Positions 1 through 13,120 of a stretch of DNA of 64,000 bases are shown in pieces. This DNA comes from Glaucostegus cemiculus. Taxonomy: Eukaryota. Location: positions 3,348,001 to 3,412,000 of the forward strand of contig CDPCPM010000120.1 of the NCBI GenBank assembly GCA_976551045.1, given 5' to 3'. The translations under genes and the position numbers were made by a program. Under the pieces are notes generated by a model. The model was not told the origin of the DNA. It was given only the letters and a program-made list of their open reading frames with translations, and ran no database searches. Positions within the stretch are counted from its first letter, which is position 1; each line of letters opens with the position of its first letter.

Positions 1-479
1 TTCTCCCTTTTTGACTGTTGGCAAATCTGCTGTGTATTTCCAACATATTAATTTCAGATTTCCTGCCTTTTTAAAAAAATTCTCTTAACTTCTTTCTTTT
101 GTTTTATCTTCAGTGACTTCCAGCCAAATTGCATAACAATTGCCAGAGCTCTTTTTGCTTTTTTAATGAATTGCTAGCCTAATTTTTTTATGCATTGCTC
201 ACCAGCTTTCAACTACAACTGCTTTTACCAAAATCAGGTTGATAATGGGACATATCAAACGCAAATAAACTCCAGATACGGAGGGGTGCATTGAAATAGA
301 TACTGCACTGAAGGGTGGGGAATGCAAGGTTGCTCTTTGGAGATCAGAGGGAACTGGTGAAGAACAGGAGACTGGTTCTTTCTGTGAGAGGGCCATTGCA
401 GCCAGCCACTTCTCAGCAGAGCTTGTAGAGATCTCTGAATTGCCACCTCTGAATGCCTGCACTCTGCCTACTCTCATAG

Positions 480-715
480 GCTAAAGGAGAAGAAGACGAA
501 GATTCCTCTCCTTGAGCTGGGGTTTTGAGTGAACTTGCTATTGCAGAGTGAGATGTGGCACAGATCATCAGCCTGAAATGATCCTGGTGCAAGGAAAGAG
601 AGAGTGACTGACCCTGGCTTCCATAGGCAAAACAGTTCAGGCACCTGAGCCTGTGAGGACATAGGACATTACAGATCTCTGTGCAGGCAGTAAAAGCAGT
701 TATGTGTCAGCCCTT
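480..715 (-). mobile_element. PIF/Harbinger (HARBI1-like) transposase relic, N-terminal part, frameshifted
   Basis: Minus-strand frames give TEICNVL...TVLPMEARV...SVTLSFLAPGSFQADDLCHIS (ORF 474..662). This resembles the Harbinger pattern TEIC.LL...TALPVAVKVTVALNFFASGSFQ..GDLC.ISQ; the same segment occurs at 33.6-33.9 kb. Confidence 0.65.
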
Positions 716-2239
716 CTATTGTTTCAGGGGATAGCAGGTTAGCAAAAACAGGTTGCTGTGTGGGTGAATAAGAACAATTGTTTAAAACACCAGTGAGACT
801 GAAAATCTTAGTGCTGAAACAAAGTGCTGGAGCGAATGAATATCCCACTGAGAAATGAAAAGATTGTTGTCCTGATGGGTGTGAAAGTGCCCAGAAATGT
901 ACACAAGGTTGTTCTCCTTCAGTTTTACTCCATGTTCAACAGGACAGCACTTTTGCTTTTGTCTTTTGGGATTATATAATAAATTTCAAGCCCTTCTGTC
1001 TTCCAACATTTTTGATTATATTCTTGCCTTGTATTTGTCTTTGGTGAAATGGAACTTCTCTGATTTTTTTTCCTTGATGCCAACATCTCTTGTCCAGTCA
1101 CAGAGAAGCTTGTATTCTAATTACAATATTCTGACTAGGCTGCAGATCATATTAACATCAGTAATTGTTTGTGCCTGATGTAAGTGATTTCCTCCAGAGA
1201 GCCAAGCTCTATTTCAACATCAGATGGATCATTAACAACACATCCAACAGCTGTATGCATTGTCATATTGAAAAGGGGATGAAGTTCAATGAAAGGTGGT
1301 TGCAGGAAATGTACTGATTACACAGCTGAGCACTGTGAGTTGAGTGAAATGTCAAAAAGTTGGTGTTATGGAGCAAAATTGCTATTCAAGAACTGAATAG
1401 GTAGATGTTAACATGAGAGTCCATTAACTTGAGAGACATACCTCACCCATTTATGTGGAGACACTTGAAGGGTATCAGGCTACAACTTACTTTGCTACCA
1501 AGGCTGTAACTTAGGATTTTAATTTTTCAATGTCTATAACATTAAAGGCCCTAATAACGTATACATTTTCCTGTTGACTCAGATGTTCACAGGGCTTCAA
1601 GACTAGAGTTGGGGCAGATTTTAAAAAATGATATTTGGAGCCTGAGAGTGTATCAGGGTACACCAGCCTGTTCCCATTGGAAGAGGCCAGACTGTGCAGA
1701 GGAGATGGTCAACTGTGGTGGGAAGAAAAGGCCTATGGTGAGCCCCTCTTCCTAAACAGTGTCTCTCCCATGGAACAGCTGAGCAAATCCAAAAGTAAAG
1801 CTCCCTCGTGGATTCAGAATACAGATACCCTACTTTGTTGACAGCACCCCAGAATTATTCCTGAAAGGGAACTTAAGAGGAGAGAATATGTGTCAAGTGA
1901 TGGGTGTAGTTATAGATGTGGCTGATGTAAATCTAAAATATAATTCCTCCCTCATTAGCATTATTTTTGCTTCATAAACGAATCGTACTGAGGAATAAAG
2001 AAGCTATCCATCCAAAGAATCTGAAATCCATTTCACCTCAGAAGATGGCTTTGTCAATGGTGTTGACTTCGATGGTGGATGAGTCACCATGTCTCCAAGA
2101 TATCCTGCTTTACTTTTAATCTTTGGGGTTCCAGGAAAGGAATGTCTTTCCTAGTTCCATACCTGTTGTTTTGAAGCAGCAGCCACTTTGAGCACTGCAA
2201 ACTCACACAAACAACATGACTGACTACACTTACCACAAA

Positions 2240-2466
2240 AGAACTTCTCGCAGAAGGTGGCATATCTCTAGAATTCTCTACCGCAAAGGATTGGGGAGCT
2301 AGGTCACTGGGGATATTTCAAGAGTAAGTAAATACATTTAGGGAATCAATAGGGTTGAGACACAAAAGAGGAGATGAGGCTGATGCAGATCAGCCACGAT
2401 AATATTGAATGGTGGGGCAGGCTTGAGGGCTGAGTAGCCTATTCCTGCTCCCATTTTCTTATGTTA
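2240..2466 (+). mobile_element. CR1 LINE 3' end fragment
   Basis: End of ORF2-like sequence followed by the typical CR1 3' UTR gatcagccacgat...gaatggtggggcaggcttgagggctgagtagcctattcctgctcc...ttcttatgtt. Confidence 0.85.
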
Positions 2467-2474
2467 CTGCGTTT

Positions 2475-2550
2475 TTAAGTGGCTACAGAGCACTTTGTAA
2501 CATCCTGAAAGGGAGGTGAAAGATGTTAAATCGATTCAAGCCTTTCCTTT
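2475..2550 (+). mobile_element. Degenerate Deu-SINE/L2-type 3' tail
   Basis: ggctacagagcactttgtaacatcctga...gtgaaagatgttaaat...caagcctttc resembles the tail of the element at 43870-43940. Confidence 0.5.
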
Positions 2551-4477
2551 TTAATCATAGTGTAGAAATAAAAATGTTGAAAATAGCATTTAAGAAATAC
2601 TTCTTTTTATTCTGCTAAAACTTCTTGTGAAACTTTTTTAAAAATCTATCAGTAGTATAAGTTGTTATTACTTTTATTAAACCTCGTTTGCTTCATAGCA
2701 TAAAAAGGCCAAAACATAAAATCTGAAATTGTGCCAAAATAAAACAAAGAAGTTGTATCATATTGCACCCACTTAAATGTGAGCAAACATTTGCGCCATT
2801 TATTTCAACTGAATGCATTTAATACCGAGAGTGCACTAACACTTCTTACTGGAAACTATAGTTGTATGTGTATGAGTAGTATTGATTTCAACCTTTTGAC
2901 TGGTACAGAGCATAAAGCTACAAATACAAATTAAAGCTAAATTACAATTTACAATGAAAGCAAACATGCTAATCAAGATGCTTTGAAGGAAAACTGATGA
3001 GCTTCATTTTTCCAAATTTTGAGTACTGCCAGTCTTTACAGAATATTTTTTCCTGTTTTTAAAATTAGTACATTGTGTACGGTTAACTTCAAGCTCACTT
3101 CAACACCAGGGGTGCATGTTGAAGTGAAGACACATTTCATGAATGAATGTCTTGGGCACTGAGCTTCAAGTTCCAGAGGTCATATTTGGATTGGTTGCAC
3201 GTCTCTAAACTTTGCAAAATTTTCCACCCATTGATGAAGCTTTCTACCTGGAGGTGGAACTTTAAGAATTGAAGTTTACTGTTCTCTTTGACTGAATTTG
3301 TTTGCTGGCTTCTAGAGGATATTGTAATGACTTGTAAATAAAGAAGTGTCACCAACTTCCTTGAGGAACAGCCACCATTTTCTCATGTGACTGCTGCCAG
3401 GTTTGGGATTCCCACGTGTGTACTGACGCAATTGTAGATGTCCTTAGCTTGCTGACTCCTCTTTGGCAGCCAATTGCATTTCGATGTTTGACTCCTCACG
3501 ACGGAGCATGAAACAGTGCCATTATTGGGGAATTTGCATGTAGACTTGTATTAGGCTGGGTGTGGTGCAGTAACAGCATCTAACACCATTTTTTGCCCCA
3601 CAAATTCCTGTTTTACACCTCTTTTGAAATTTTTTTGCCGATACCTTTGTTTAAAGCTGCAATGGAACTTTCAGAAACAAAGTGGCAAGGATGGAAATTG
3701 CTTTGAGTGCTCCTTTCGTGCTACTCAATTTAGATCAGAAAACGATTTCACAAGGTGCAATAACACCTGAGGTAACGTGCCCTGAAATGTCAGTCAGAGC
3801 TCTGCATTCCTTCCTGAGGATATAGCAGGGGACGCCTCTGCTAATCCTGTTTCACTGATGTGGTATCACTGAACTATGTCATTCACTCCAGGCAGACATA
3901 CAACTAACATCTAGAAAGAATTGGGTTAGTTCTTTTAGGAGCTGTGAAAATTGTCATGTATCAAGCTTCCATGACAACAGACTTATTGAAGGACCTGCCT
4001 TAAATCTGCCATATCAACTGGTTTACTTTGCATAGCTGTAATAACACAATTGCCTTGGAATTGGATGAGACAAAATGCACTTGCCCCTGTATGCTCCCCA
4101 TAAACAGTGCATGAGAAGTCTTCTGTGAATGCTTTGATGCACTTGCACCCATTTCATTCCACAGCATCCCTCACAACAAGTGCACAGTAGAAAGTGCTGG
4201 AGGTGCTCAGCCTGTCAGGCAGCATCTGTGGAGGAAAACACCAGAGTCAATAACTTTCCATTTGAATGAGGGTAATGGAAAGGAAGAAAATCTGTAATGT
4301 CAGATGTGGAGCACAGAAGTTGCTGGAAAAATCGGTAAAAGAGAATGTGTGAATTTTTTTCCGCAGATCAGGCGGCATCTGTGGAGAAAGGAAATCTGAG
4401 TTAATGTTTACAGGTGGATGACACTGCATCAGAACTTGTCAATGACACAAACAGGAAAGGATAGTTTATTGAAATTG

Positions 4478-4577
4478 AGATAAGATAAAGATAAAGATAT
4501 CTTTATTAGTCACATATACATCAAAACACACAGTAAAGTGCATCCTTTGCACAGAGTGCTCTGGGGGCAGCCCACAA
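4478..4577 (-). mobile_element. 5'-truncated SINE (tail type B, same family as 31172-31444)
   Basis: gatatctttattagtcacatatacatcaaaacacacagt...ctgggggcagccc is the reverse complement of the 31370-31440 tail. Confidence 0.9.
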
Positions 4578-4636
4578 TGAGGTGCAAAGACTGGAATGTG
4601 CCCAGATAGAATAGGAGCTTCTGCTCCTTCAGGTTA

Positions 4637-4763
4637 CATAGAACATAGAATATTACATCGGCCCACAATGTTGTGCCTACATTTTATCCTGCTCCAATAT
4701 CTATCTAACCCTTCCCTCCCACATAGCCCTCCATTTCTCTCCCATTCATGCGGCCATCTAAGA
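4637..4763 (-). mobile_element. CR1 LINE 3' tip
   Basis: catagaacatagaa tail repeat, cggcccacaatgttgtgcc stem-loop remnant and CR1 3' UTR-like sequence. Confidence 0.8.
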
Positions 4764-5789
4764 GATATAACATTGTTATACAGTGTAGCAGATCAAAGTC
4801 AGCGTGGTCAGAGTGGGAGAGGAATGGAGGATAAAAGTGACAGGTAACTGGCTCAGGACCTCATGGACTGAACAAAAGTGTGATGCAAAGCTATCACCCC
4901 TCCTGTGCTTGGTTGCTCCAGTGTAGAGGAGACTACATCGTCTGCACCAAATGTAATATGCTGGATTGGAAAATGTACAAACAAATCACTGCTTCATTTA
5001 GAAGGACTGTTTCGGTCACTGATTAGTAGAAATGGAGAAGGTAAAAGGACATATGTGGCATTCCCTGCTGTGAGCAGAGGATTGCTTTGTATATTGCATT
5101 TTTATACATTACTGCCACTAAGCTTCTTTCTCCCGAGGACCTAAATGCTGCCTACTTCTGTTTTTTAACCTAACCTTACTTCAAAATATATGGTGGCAGT
5201 CTATTGCTTTTCTGCATGTGCCTCAAAATCTGCAAGGTTTGTTGCAGGGATTTTTGGGACCTTCCCCCTCCTCCTTTACTGAGGCTTTCACCAGGCTCCA
5301 CCTGGTGGATACAGGAGACGGCAGGAATGAAACGGATGGGAGGGTAATAGCTGAATAACTTGGGCCCTGCTCACTTTTAGATAGTCCGAGGTGGAGAACT
5401 GGTGATTGCTCTGGTAGATTATGGGTGATAGTGGGAGGAATGAAGTCAAAGTAGGAGGAGGAATGTATTGAGAACTAAGGACAGGGCAATGCAGCAGGTT
5501 CCTAGATATATACTGGTAATATTATTCAGGGAACCAACATAGTTTCAGTTGATCTTAATGGTACAATGAGTTTCCTGGAAGCTGATTTCTATCCCTAAAA
5601 CTCTACTAGACACTGCTCCTTTATCTCAATGCATGTTAATTTATCTATGAGATTGCCTGAATCCCAGATGGGCCTTTCTCTGGATTCCTACCGCATCCAC
5701 CAAATTTGTGATGGACATGTTTAATTTTACTTTAAGTCTTCTGTGAAACCATGAACCACCATCACATTGCTGAGGACCACTACCTTCAC

Positions 5790-6550
5790 TTCCACCGTGG
5801 GCAGCCCTGGCAAGGCCAACGTTGATTGCCCATTTCTATCTGTTCTTGAGAAGGTGACGGTGAGCTGCCTTTCTGAACTGCTGCAATCCTTCGGGGGAAG
5901 GTAGTCCCACAGTGCTGTTGGGCAGGAAGTTCATGGACTGAGACCCAATGATGACGAGGGAATGGCAATACACATCCAAATCAGCATGACGTGCAGGTTG
6001 GGGGGGTGGTGGGGGGGGGGGGTGACTCCCGCGGGTGATTCTGCTGCACCTGTGGCCCTTGTCCTTCCTAGTGGTAGAGGCTTTGGGTTTTGAAGGTGCT
6101 GTCGGAGTAGCTTGGGCAATTAACTGTGATGTGTTTTGTAGCTGGGAGTACTGCAGCCTCTGTGCACTCAGTGTGGAGGGAACGAACATTGAGGTGATGG
6201 ATAGAGTGCAAATCAAGTGGGTCACTTTAATCTGAATAGTGTTGAGTTCCTTGAAAGTTGTTGGAGCTACACTCAACCAGGCAAATGAAGAGTATTTCAT
6301 CAAGGTCCTGATTTGTGCTCTGTAGATGATGGAAAGGCTTTGGAGTCTGGACATGAGTCACTTACAGCAGATACTCAGCCTCTCAGTGACTCTTGTAGCC
6401 GCAGCTTTGGTCTAATTGAGTGTTTACGGGGATGTTGCTGCTGGGGTGTTCAGTGATAGACATGTCATTGAATACCATAGGTATGTTGTTAGTCATTCTC
6501 TTGTGGGTGATGATCATTACCTGGCACTTCTGTGGCACACAATGTACATT
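5790..6550 (-). mobile_element. CR1/L2-group LINE, ORF2 C-terminal part and 3' end (decayed)
   Basis: ORF 5836..6354 (LSIIYRAQIRTLMKYSSFAW...QSMNFLPNSTVGLPSPEGLQQFRKAAHRHLLK) and 6383..6610 (PQKCQVMIIT) are homologous to the 8930-10030 copy. Confidence 0.9.
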
Positions 6551-8509
6551 TTCTTTCTCCGTGTAACCGTCATGTAGAAGGATGGTTCTAGGCACCAGCA
6601 GCCATGCCAAAGAATTTTTGTAACAGCAAAGAAGCTCTCAAACTGAAGGACGTCTCATGTGCCTGACTCTAACTCAAGCCCACACACATCTCTGACTCAG
6701 AAGAGGATAAGATCGGATTTCATTTTGTCCAATACCCTGTCAGTACTCAGCTGTCTAGACTCACAAATGAAGTACTGACCACTCCAGCAATACATCAACC
6801 AACACTCATGAAACAATTACAGCAAGAATTAAACCCTTTAGGATAAGAGGGAAGAAGAAAATTGATTGTAAAAACATTTCAACTACCCACCTCTTCTTAA
6901 GTACTCTGCTGTGTGGTATTCAATTGGATTAGATTGGAAGTGGATGAGTTATACTGATGTAAGACTCAGGCATAGTTGGAAATCCTGCTGTTTACTGCAT
7001 TTGAACACTGTGAAGTTACTCTTTGCACATGCTATCTTCTTAATTTGAAAAATGTGGCCATCAGCCACCTAACTCAGCAGAAAGGTTGCTGGTGGACAAC
7101 ATAATAATGAGAAGCTCCAGAAAATGGATTTAGTGAAATAAAATTTAAAGGCAGTGCAGAAACTAATCACACAAGTAACTAGAAAATAAATAAAGGAAAG
7201 TAAGAATGAAGCTTGAAGTAAAGGCTCTGATACAGAAAACTCACAAAAGAACAGTGGAAATACGACTTTGGGAGTGTTTTGTCAAAAAATCAGACGCAGG
7301 TGAGATTATAATTATTAATGATTTAAAAATTACAAGAAAGTACAAAAAGGATGTAATCTGTGTAAAAGGTGGGCATGGGGCTTGTGAATAAAATGAATCC
7401 TAAAAGAGGAACCTTTTTCACGTAGAGGGTATTGGGCTGCTATTTCATCTGAGTTCACTGGCTGGGTCAACAAAGCCAACTTCATCCTCCTTGGACTGGT
7501 GAGCTATGATGAACCTTAGTTCCCTGGCAAGCACTTTGCTGAGCATAATGAGATCAAGTTTAGTACACAGCTTTGTTTTGATGATTTCTCAGTTGAATTC
7601 ACATGCCAGTTTAGTGTGATATTTAGTTAAGCCCCTCAGGGTGGTCAAATAAGATAACATTTCAGTGCATTTACACCCTGCCAAGTACACATTGTAATGA
7701 AATAAGATCAACTTTTACACAGACTTGCTTTCATTCCTTCAGTGAGCTTCTCTTCCATTTTATTGTCATAGTTATGCCAGATTCCATCTTAAGAATTCTC
7801 TGGAGGCAGAATAGACCAAATTCAGTTTGTGATTATTGAAATGAGTTTTAATCTATTTTTGATACATTTTTAAAATTTCTTCAGTTACTTTGGAGAATAT
7901 TTTCTATTTTTAAATTATCATTGAACTCTTGAGTTTGCTACCAAAGAGGCATGTTTGGAACAAAAACAATACTTTTGTTATACTTTTAAAAGAACATTGA
8001 CAACCTTACTAGACACTTTGTCCTTCCTGTTCACAATAACCTTGCTCTTTGGATTGCAATTGTTAGGAGACAAAACCAATTGGCTAACATATAAAACTGA
8101 AAAAAAAAACAAGAACAATTCTTTTTTAAGAAGAAGAAATTTGCCCTCTGTCTATTGAACTATGAATTGTACTCTGCTTCCATGATCAGTTTTCGCTTCC
8201 ACATTGACATGGGCTTACTCCCCTGGGCATTGTCTTAAAATGGCTCTGGTCTACTTTCCACTGGATGGTGGATGATCACTGCACTCCACTGCTAAGTCTA
8301 AACAAACTTAAAAGGTGTAACCAAAAACATATAGACATTCATGTACAGCAGTTTCCAACTGTATTGAAGTTCTTGCAAAGAAAAATCTGCCACAAAACAA
8401 TCTGATAATTGCAAATTCAACAAAATAAAAATAATGCCGGATAAATCCACCATTGAAAATCCAATTGTGACAGAAGATGAGAAAGCCAGTTATTTGTGTA
8501 AAGGCAATG

Positions 8510-8770
8510 TTGTAGCTGTTAAGTTACTGTTCTAGTCAAACAGAAGCCTGAGCTAACAGTACAGATATCTAAGTTCAAATCCCATAATGGCAGTTGTGGA
8601 ATTCAAATTCAGTTAATAATATGGGACTTTTTAAAGTCAAATTAGTTATTCATAATAAAGACCAGAAAACTTCTGGATTGTCGTAAAACCCTTCTGGTTC
8701 ATTAACGTGCTTCAAGGGAGAAAACTCAACATCCTTACCTGGTCTTATTGTTATGTGACTCCAGGTTAAA
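8510..8770 (+). mobile_element. Decayed tRNA-derived SINE
   Basis: B-box-like agttcaaatccc at about 8571, followed by ggaattcaaattc...gattgtcgtaaaacccttctggttcattaa...tccttacctggtct...atgtgactccag, which I recognise as a common chondrichthyan SINE body. Confidence 0.7.
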
Positions 8771-8929
8771 TGTGCTAAATGGGATAGACTTGGAAAGATC
8801 TGGCAGTGCAAGAGTGGACACCCATGAAGGCCTGTGGACAACCAGCAGCAGCACTTGCACTGTACACCACCACAATTTGTAACCTATTGGCCTGATATAT
8901 CAATGTACTGCTACTATTAGAGTAACTGA

Positions 8930-10030
8930 GAGTGACAACCCCTGACATCAAGGCAACCCTTGACAGAGTATGACATTATGGTGGACTCTGATATAACTGA
9001 AGTTAATGGGCATCAGTAGGAAAAAAAAACTCCAGCTGTCAGGGCCATATCTTGCACCAAGTAAAATGGGTATGATTGATGGAGGTTGATCATTCCTGCC
9101 CTAGGACATCACTTCAGGAGTTCTCACTGCAGTGTCCTTAACCCAACCATCTTCAGCTGCTTCATCAATGACCTTCTCCCGAACATAAGATTCAGTTCAA
9201 TTCCATTTCCTTAGCAAATTAAGCAGCCAATGCCTGCATGCAGCAAGACCAAGACAAAATTCAGGCATGGGCTGGCAAAAGGCAAGTAACATTCATGCCT
9301 CAAAAGTGCCAGGCAATGACCATCTCCAACAAGAGTGAGTGTGACCACTTTGCTTTGACATTCAGTTGCATTACTATCACCAAGTCCACCACCATTAACA
9401 TCCTGGGGGTCACCATTGAAGATAAATTCAATTGGCCCACCCATGTACAAACTGGCTAAAAGACAATTCAAGGCCTGGGACTCTTGCAGATCATGACTCA
9501 CCTTCTGATGCTCCAAAGTCTTTTCATCCTCTACACTCCCAAGTTAAGAGTACAATAGAATACTCTCCACTTGCCCAGATGAATCCACCTTGAAGGCTGC
9601 TCAGGAAGTTCGACAGGATCCAGGACAAAGCAGTCTGCTTGCTTGTTGCTTCATCCATCATGCAAAACACCAACTCCTTCGCTGCCGATACATAAAAATA
9701 TTCTAGCCTTGGCTACTCTGACAGCACCTCCCAAACCCAGGACTCGACCAGGAAGATGGACAAGAATACTGGGTACTTGGGAACATCACCATCTACTGGT
9801 TACTTTCCAAACTGCATGCCATTGCTGACTTGGAAATATTTCTTTGCTCCTTCTTTGTTCCTTCATCATCAGTGGGTCTAAATCCTGGAACTCCCTCCCC
9901 AGTAGCACTGTGGGAGTACCTTTAACAGAAGAACTGCAGCAGTTCAAAGCAGCAGCTCACCACCACCTTCTCAAGGGCAGATAGGGATGGCAATAAATAC
10001 TGGCCTGACCAAAGATCTCCCGATCCTGAA
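8930..10030 (+). mobile_element. CR1/L2-group LINE, RT domain to 3' end (decayed)
   Basis: Motifs DIKATLDRV, GV...SVLNPTIFSCFINDL and ORF 9238..9459 QQDQDKIQAWAGKRQVTFMPQKCQAMTISNK; 3' end ctcaagggcagatagggatggcaataaatactggcc. Confidence 0.9.
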
Positions 10031-10239
10031 AATCAAATGAAAAAAATATTCTGATCAGGTGTCACATGGACAGAGGACGAAGGGAGTACAGAAATTCACT
10101 GATCTATTCCGTAAGTATAATCAGGATGTCTTCTCAATTTTCAATTTGATTTGCATCAATGGACTTTGACTTCCAGCTTTTAATTCTCCAGGACGTATAT
10201 GGCCATGTAATGAAATCTGGTCTGTAAAGAAACATATTG

Positions 10240-10440
10240 TAGATTCAATCTGGGAGAGCCAAAAGATGTTTGGAAAGGAAGGGCAAAGATTTTGCATTGA
10301 ACAACTAATCATCAGGGCGTAGATGGCTATGCACCAAACACATGAAGTGGGCCTACTGCAGCTAAGTATAATGGTGACATGGACATGATGGGCCAAAGGG
10401 TCTGTGTCTAGAATCTATGAATCTATGACTCCATGGTTCT
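10240..10440 (+). mobile_element. CR1 LINE 3' end
   Basis: catggacatgatgggccaaagggtctgtgtct followed by an 8-nt-period tail ctatgaat/ctatgact. Confidence 0.8.
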
Positions 10441-10596
10441 ACTCCCGTCACTTTCTCTGCAAGATAATTCCCATGTCTGTGAGCAATTTAAAAAATATAT
10501 AAACCCCATATTGGGAAATTCAACATAATCAGCTGGAGGCACACTAAGGTTTTGGTGGGATTGTTAAACAGAGTTGTTATACAATATGTACAATTA

Positions 10597-11380
10597 CATG
10601 AGCATATGAGTTAGGAGCAGGAGCAGGCTGGAGGGGCTGAGTGGCCTACATCTGATCCTAATTTGTGTTTTCATATAAATCTGCTCTGCCATTCAACAAG
10701 TTCATGACTAATCTGACTGTAACCTCATCTCTGCATTCCCACCTAACCCCAGCAACCTTTCGTCCCTTGCAAATCAAGAATCTATCTCCAACATAAACAT
10801 TTTCTGAGACTCTGCTTCCAAAGATTCGCAACCCTACAAGAGAAGAAAATGTTGCTTCATCTCTCTCTTAAATAGGCAACTCCTTATTTTTAAGCAGTGC
10901 CTTAGTTTAAACTCTTCCACAACATGAAACATCCTTTCCACATCAACCCTGCCATGATGCCTCAGGATCTAATAACCCCTCTCATTGTTTTATACTCCAG
11001 TGGACACAGCCCTTTCTTCATAACACACCCATTCGACGTATCAATCCAGTTAACTTCCTTTGAACTGCCCCCAGTTTATTACTAGCCTTCCTTAATCAGG
11101 AGACCAATACTGTACACAGTATCCAGATGTGGTCTCACTAATATCCTATATAACCGAAGCATAAGCTCCCTGCTTTTGTATTTAATCCCCCTTGCAATGA
11201 ACAATAATATTCAGTTAGCTTTCCTAATTACTTTCTGTACTTGCAGACTAACCTTTTGTGTATCATGCATTAAAACGTCCAGAGCTCTCTATATCTCAGA
11301 GCTCTGCAAACTCTTATCAATTAGATACCTTTTTAAATGGACAATTTCATATTTTCCCACATTTTGTGAGACTAGCTTAT
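10597..11380 (-). mobile_element. CR1 LINE 3' portion
   Basis: Reverse-complement 3' UTR and ORF2 end (ggagaccaatactgtacacagtatccagatgtggtctcact corresponds to RPHL.YCVQ.WSP); co-linear with 45397-46550. Confidence 0.9.
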
Positions 11381-12944
11381 TCTGCCTATTCCACTGACAA
11401 TCATTGCAAAACCAGATTAAAGCTTCAGTGATGTTAGAGCTAAATAAAAATTAAAATGAATATAATTTCAGTCTATTCATAAACACATACTGTGATGCCA
11501 ACGTTTCATATATGCAAACACCATTCATGCTACATTTTTAGTTCAGAGTTGAACAATTTAAAGTTTATACACTTTGTATAGTCATGTGTAACAGGTCATA
11601 TACATGTTGTTACAGTTATGATAAAATATGAATGGAATATTTTTAGTTGTGGATGAATACTTCAGCTGAATTACTGTAGCTTGTGCAGATCAGGACCAAT
11701 AACTAATTAAAAATTTACACTGATATAGTCTTACTGCCTGTCCTCAACTTGTAGAAAGAAGTTGTTCCTGTGATATTGAACTATTGCAGATCATGTGAAA
11801 AAAGGATCCAGACTTATTGATGAATTCATTGATCCTTCTCCTACTTGTAGTCATTCGACTGAGCGTTGCATGATCAGAAGTAATTTGACCTTCAGTGTGA
11901 GCTAAACAAATAGCAGATGGTCAAGATTCAGCAGATCAGTTCTTTACTTTCTGTCGAGCCATTGCCACCATGTTGTGCCCTACTGAGTCTTTATCCTCTG
12001 TTTGTCATAGTGCCAGAATCCGAAGAGCAGCATTTGCCAAGCATTGATGTTTGGCCCACTTGGCACTTTGTTTTTTATCAAGACTGAACAAGAAGTATTT
12101 AGAAGTACTTTATACAGTTAAGAAAACCTGTTCATGGGAACTTGGAAGGAGTTCTTTTCATGCTGAGATTCAGTCTACTGATCATACACCTATTTCAATT
12201 ACTTGGTTTTAGAAGGTGCGGTATTCATTAAAAAATTGGCAAACTTTTCTTGTTTTCCAAACACTTCAAGTGTTGTAATTTGTTTTAAACCATGTCATTG
12301 CATCACAAAAAAAACATTAAATAGTTTGCACATATCCTTCCAGTAGAGTGGAGCACAATTGTTTTGAAATTTCTCTGTTCTCAGTGAATTAGACAAGTTT
12401 TGCTTTAAACTGTACTATTGGAGAACCATGTTTTATTTCTCTACCTTTACCAAGGCATTGTGGAGTGCTGGATATTAGTTGCTGTGGTTTCAGAGATAAA
12501 CCTAATTGGGCCTGGCACAGTATTTTGAAGCATTAATCCAGTGGGACGTGTAGCACAGGTCACCTACAGAAAATGTGACTGATCTTTATATGAATGTCTA
12601 TGCTGGAAGAGAGGAGAGTGAGTAACTGATTTTTTTTATTGTTTTGAAACAGACCCACTAGCTTATCAGCTGTGACCTGCCAAACTCAGTTTTCAAGTAG
12701 ACTTGAAATGAATGACCAGCATCCCACCTAAAACAGGTGAAAGTTTTTCTTTATTATATAAATGGGGATTCTAGACACTTGGTAGGGTAACGTTTATGGA
12801 CTTGTTCTTTCCCCATTGGTCTCTGGTATGGAGCAGACTCTTCACGATGCCATGGCAGTTTGCTCTAATGCAAATGACGTGGCCAGGATAAACAGGCAAT
12901 TCACAAAATCCTCCAGCTCACTGACTGACACTGTATGTTTCTTG

Positions 12945-13120
12945 TACACACACACAGACACACACGCGCACACACACACACACACAGAAACATAGACACA
13001 CATGTACACACAGACTTACACAATGACGCATAGACAGACACAGACGTGCTCAAACATACACAGATACAGACACAAACAGGAACACACAGACACAGAAACG
13101 CATGCACATACGTACACACA
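12945..13120. repeat. Imperfect (CA)n-rich microsatellite
   Basis: cacacacacagacacacacgcgcacacac... visible directly. Confidence 0.95.

Larger units (their letters stand above)
4185..5070 (-). mobile_element. Penelope-like element 3' part: two terminal-repeat pieces plus GIY-YIG endonuclease fragment, interrupted by a SINE and a CR1
   Basis: Minus strand at about 4860-4950 translates RCSLLYTGATKHRRGDSFASHFCSV (GIY-YIG pattern C.LLYIGETKR.L.DRF.EH). The terminal-repeat motif caggcagcatctgtggag occurs at about 4216 and, as caggcggcatctgtggag, at about 4369. Confidence 0.8.

Noticed and set aside
199-477. 92-aa minus-strand ORF ending at a gtgag donor-like site
   Set aside because: No recognisable protein; it lies immediately downstream of a Harbinger relic and is probably part of it.
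5995-6025. G-run / G-quadruplex candidate (similar runs near 45287-45310)
   Set aside because: A homopolymer expansion inside a decayed LINE, with no evidence of function.
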